Source: a virus. Taken from it: a stretch of 6,132 bases of DNA. The notes under the pieces were generated by a model. That model was not told the DNA's origin. It saw only the letters and a program-made list of their open reading frames with translations, and did not search any database. Shown here piece by piece: positions 4,291 through 6,132 of the stretch. Each line of letters starts with the position of its first letter. Position 1 is the stretch's first letter. The stretch spans positions 1-6,132 of the IMG/VR virus record IMGVR_UViG_3300020030_000011, one strand, 5' to 3'. Both the position numbers and the translations under genes were made by a program.

Positions 4291-6081
4291 ATGGGAAAAC
4301 AACCTTTTATCTCACATGCTGTAAATGGCTATTCTCGCTACGATGTCCCCGAGAGTAAGGCCTTTACCTGTACACCGGGTATTCTGTACCCAGTGCGGGT
4401 CGATTTTATTAACGCTCGTGACCGTGTTTCTATCGAACAGGGTATCGACGTTCGCAGCAATCCTCTTGCTGTTCCGACATTCAATCCCTACACTATTCGA
4501 CTTCACCGTTTTTGGGTGCCACTTCAGTTGTATCATCCCGAGATGAGGACGAATAGCAGTAAGTTTGATATGAATAATTTAAGCTTGAACTTTGTTGCTG
4601 CCTCGTCGACCGCATCTTACCAATACACCAGCAACAATTATCCTTACTCTAATTCGTTGCTTCGTTGGTTGCGTATTCTTCCGGCTTCTATTCCATCGAC
4701 GACTTCTAGCAATGTTCCCATGTCGGCTACCCTTTCGCCTGCTCAATTATCTTATCCCCTAGGTTGGTGCACTGCCGATTCTTATCTCGCTTATTGGGAT
4801 ATCGTTCGCAATTACTACAGCTATTCTCAGTGGGGTCTTTACTCTTTTGCTTGGCCCTCTAGTTGGTACTTCATTCCCAATAGCACTGGTACTATTTATA
4901 ATGTTGCTCAGTTCTGTGAAAAGCGGTCGTTCTTTTCGCAAAGATTCGGAAATCTCGAGTTTTTGGACGCTTATTTTGAGAGTCAATTTTACCCCTCGGC
5001 TTTGCAGTCGTCGAGCAATACGTATAATAGAGGTAATCTTTTTTCTCAGATATTGCTCTCCGATCTTGGTGCTACGATTACCGCCTCTAGGGACGGGTAT
5101 CCCGTTTCTACTATTTATCCCGGGACTACCACGCTGACTTCCGCAGGTCCTGCGAACCAGTTCGCTACCGACCCTGGTACTACGACCGTTAGTTCGCTTG
5201 GCGCCTTCCTTGTGGCTCACCCGATGGCTGTTATACCTTCGAACCCTGATCGTTATAGCCGTCTGCTTCCTGTTGGTAGTTCCGAGGGTGTTTCTATGAC
5301 TGGTGTATCAACTATACCACAGTTGGCCATTGCTTCGCGTCTTCAAGAGTATAAAGATTTGCTTGGTGCTGGCGGTTCTCGTTATAGCGATTGGTTGGAG
5401 ACCTTTTTTGCGTCGAAGATTGAGCATATTGATAGGCCCAAGCTGCTGTTTAGCGCTTCGCAGACTATCAATGTGCAGATCGTAATGAATCAAGCGGGAC
5501 AAAATAATTTTTCCGGTACGAGTGCTAATGGTCCTCTTGGTCAGCAGGGTGGCGCTATCGCCTTCAACGAGCGTCTTGGTCGTCGCCAGTCTTATTATTT
5601 TCGCGAGCCTGGCTATATGATCGACATGCTGAGTATTCGTCCTGTCTACTATTGGGCAGGCGTTTACCCTGATTACCTTCATTATACTGGCTCTGATTAT
5701 TTCAATCCGATCTATAACGATATTGGATATCAGGATGTTCCTGGTTTCCAATTTGGTTTTGGAACTACGTCTTCTACGGAAACTGTGGCTTACGAGCCTT
5801 GCTTTAACGAGTTTCGATCTTCTTACGATGAGGTCCTCGGTCAGCTGTCTCGATTCCAGGGTACTTCCGCTGATAAACCTCTTTATTCCTATTGGGTTCA
5901 GCAGCGCGTTTTGTCGGCAAGCTACAATCAGTACTATTCTCTTTTGTTTGTAGATATCGATCAAGTAAATTCGCCGTTCGGCTCCAATTCGGAGGATAAT
6001 TTCTTTGTTAACCTCTCGTATTCTGTTCAGAAGAAGAATCTGGTTAATAAAACGTTTGCAACCCGTTTGTCTAATCGTTAA
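4291..6081 (+). CDS. VP1: Major capsid protein VP1 (phiX174 F-like jelly-roll capsid protein), 596 aa
   Basis: The N-terminal block is FTCTPGILYPVRVDFINARDRVSI...RLHRFWVPLQL. The conserved core is IPQLAIASRLQEYKDLLGAGGSRYSDWLETFFASKIEHIDRPKLLFSAS, corresponding to the GG-RY...FG....D.R..RP motif of Microviridae capsid proteins. It is the largest ORF and starts 3 nt after the VP4 stop. Confidence 0.92.
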   Translation: MGKQPFISHAVNGYSRYDVPESKAFTCTPGILYPVRVDFINARDRVSIEQGIDVRSNPLAVPTFNPYTIRLHRFWVPLQLYHPEMRTNSSKFDMNNLSLNFVAASSTASYQYTSNNYPYSNSLLRWLRILPASIPSTTSSNVPMSATLSPAQLSYPLGWCTADSYLAYWDIVRNYYSYSQWGLYSFAWPSSWYFIPNSTGTIYNVAQFCEKRSFFSQRFGNLEFLDAYFESQFYPSALQSSSNTYNRGNLFSQILLSDLGATITASRDGYPVSTIYPGTTTLTSAGPANQFATDPGTTTVSSLGAFLVAHPMAVIPSNPDRYSRLLPVGSSEGVSMTGVSTIPQLAIASRLQEYKDLLGAGGSRYSDWLETFFASKIEHIDRPKLLFSASQTINVQIVMNQAGQNNFSGTSANGPLGQQGGAIAFNERLGRRQSYYFREPGYMIDMLSIRPVYYWAGVYPDYLHYTGSDYFNPIYNDIGYQDVPGFQFGFGTTSSTETVAYEPCFNEFRSSYDEVLGQLSRFQGTSADKPLYSYWVQQRVLSASYNQYYSLLFVDIDQVNSPFGSNSEDNFFVNLSYSVQKKNLVNKTFATRLSNR

Positions 6082-6132
6082 TGTATTGATTTTATGGCAC
6101 TTGATTGGTTACTTGAGGATGCCCCCTCTTAC
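6012..6132. repeat. Right copy of the 121-nt terminal direct repeat
   Basis: Identical to 1-121. Confidence 0.97.
6094..6132 (+). CDS. 5' fragment of the acidic 98-aa ORF (duplicate of 83..121), truncated by the window end
   Basis: Identical to 83-121 as part of the terminal redundancy. Confidence 0.6.
   Translation, partial: MALDWLLEDAPSY

Larger units (their letters stand above)
1..6011 (+). other. One full unit of a circular Microviridae-type ssDNA phage genome (unit length 6011 nt)
   Basis: An exact 121-nt terminal redundancy (1-121 = 6012-6132) closes the circle. The gene set VP1 + VP2 + VP4 lies on one strand, with very short intergenic gaps and a T-rich coding strand, as in Microviridae. 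Confidence 0.9.

Noticed and set aside
4847-5953. Other same-strand off-frame ORFs inside VP1 (4847..5137, 5303..5485, 5723..5953).
   Set aside because: They are short, Leu/Phe/Ile/Arg-rich products expected from frame-shifted T-rich codons. There is no start context or structural feature to distinguish them.
498-5964. All minus-strand ORFs in the track (498..698, 682..873, 987..1214, 1030..1227, 1723..2040, 2461..2655, 3011..3205, 3832..4170, 4312..4536, 4759..5220, 5308..5964).
   Set aside because: Each is fully antisense to a well-supported + strand gene. Their products are Arg/Ser/Ile-rich and low in complexity, as expected from reading T-rich codons backwards. Microviridae transcribe a single strand.

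Overview
The window is one complete circular ssDNA phage genome of the family Microviridae, not a piece of bacterial chromosome. Bases 1-121 are identical to 6012-6132, so the true unit is 6011 nt, and the window was cut inside the major capsid gene. All convincing genes lie on the + strand, are tightly packed, and favour T at the third codon position. Three core genes can be recognised by eye. (1) VP1/F-type major capsid protein, 4291..6081, whose last 70 nt are repeated at 1..70. (2) VP2/H-type pilot (DNA-delivery) protein, 706..2076, with the YN-P...AG..P motif. (3) VP4/A-type rolling-circle replication initiator, with motif 1 FITITI, the HUH motif LHFHGF and the tyrosine motif YCVKYVTK. 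I place the VP4 start at the ATG at 3217, which forms a TAATG stop/start overlap, rather than at the TTG at 3196 used by the ORF track. The rest is accessory or ORFan. It comprises an acidic 98-aa protein (83..379), a 63-aa protein with a textbook lipoprotein signal peptide and lipobox (513..704), and a three-ORFan module (2147..2464, 2476..2799, 3017..3217). That module is split by a 217-nt, G/C-richer, apparently non-coding region (2800..3016) containing a strong T-loop hairpin. No gene has a Shine-Dalgarno sequence, and a TTTG-N19-TATATTTG element upstream of 2147 fits the Bacteroidota promoter consensus, which suggests a Bacteroidota host. I saw no tRNA, rRNA, CRISPR array, integrase or transposase. 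The points most worth follow-up are the phage-encoded lipoprotein (a candidate lysis or exclusion factor in a family with few known lysis genes outside the phiX174 group), the ORFan module with its structured non-coding region (candidate origin, terminator or attachment site), and the structured leader at 405-495. All functional assignments beyond VP1, VP2 and VP4 are inference; I ran no database searches.
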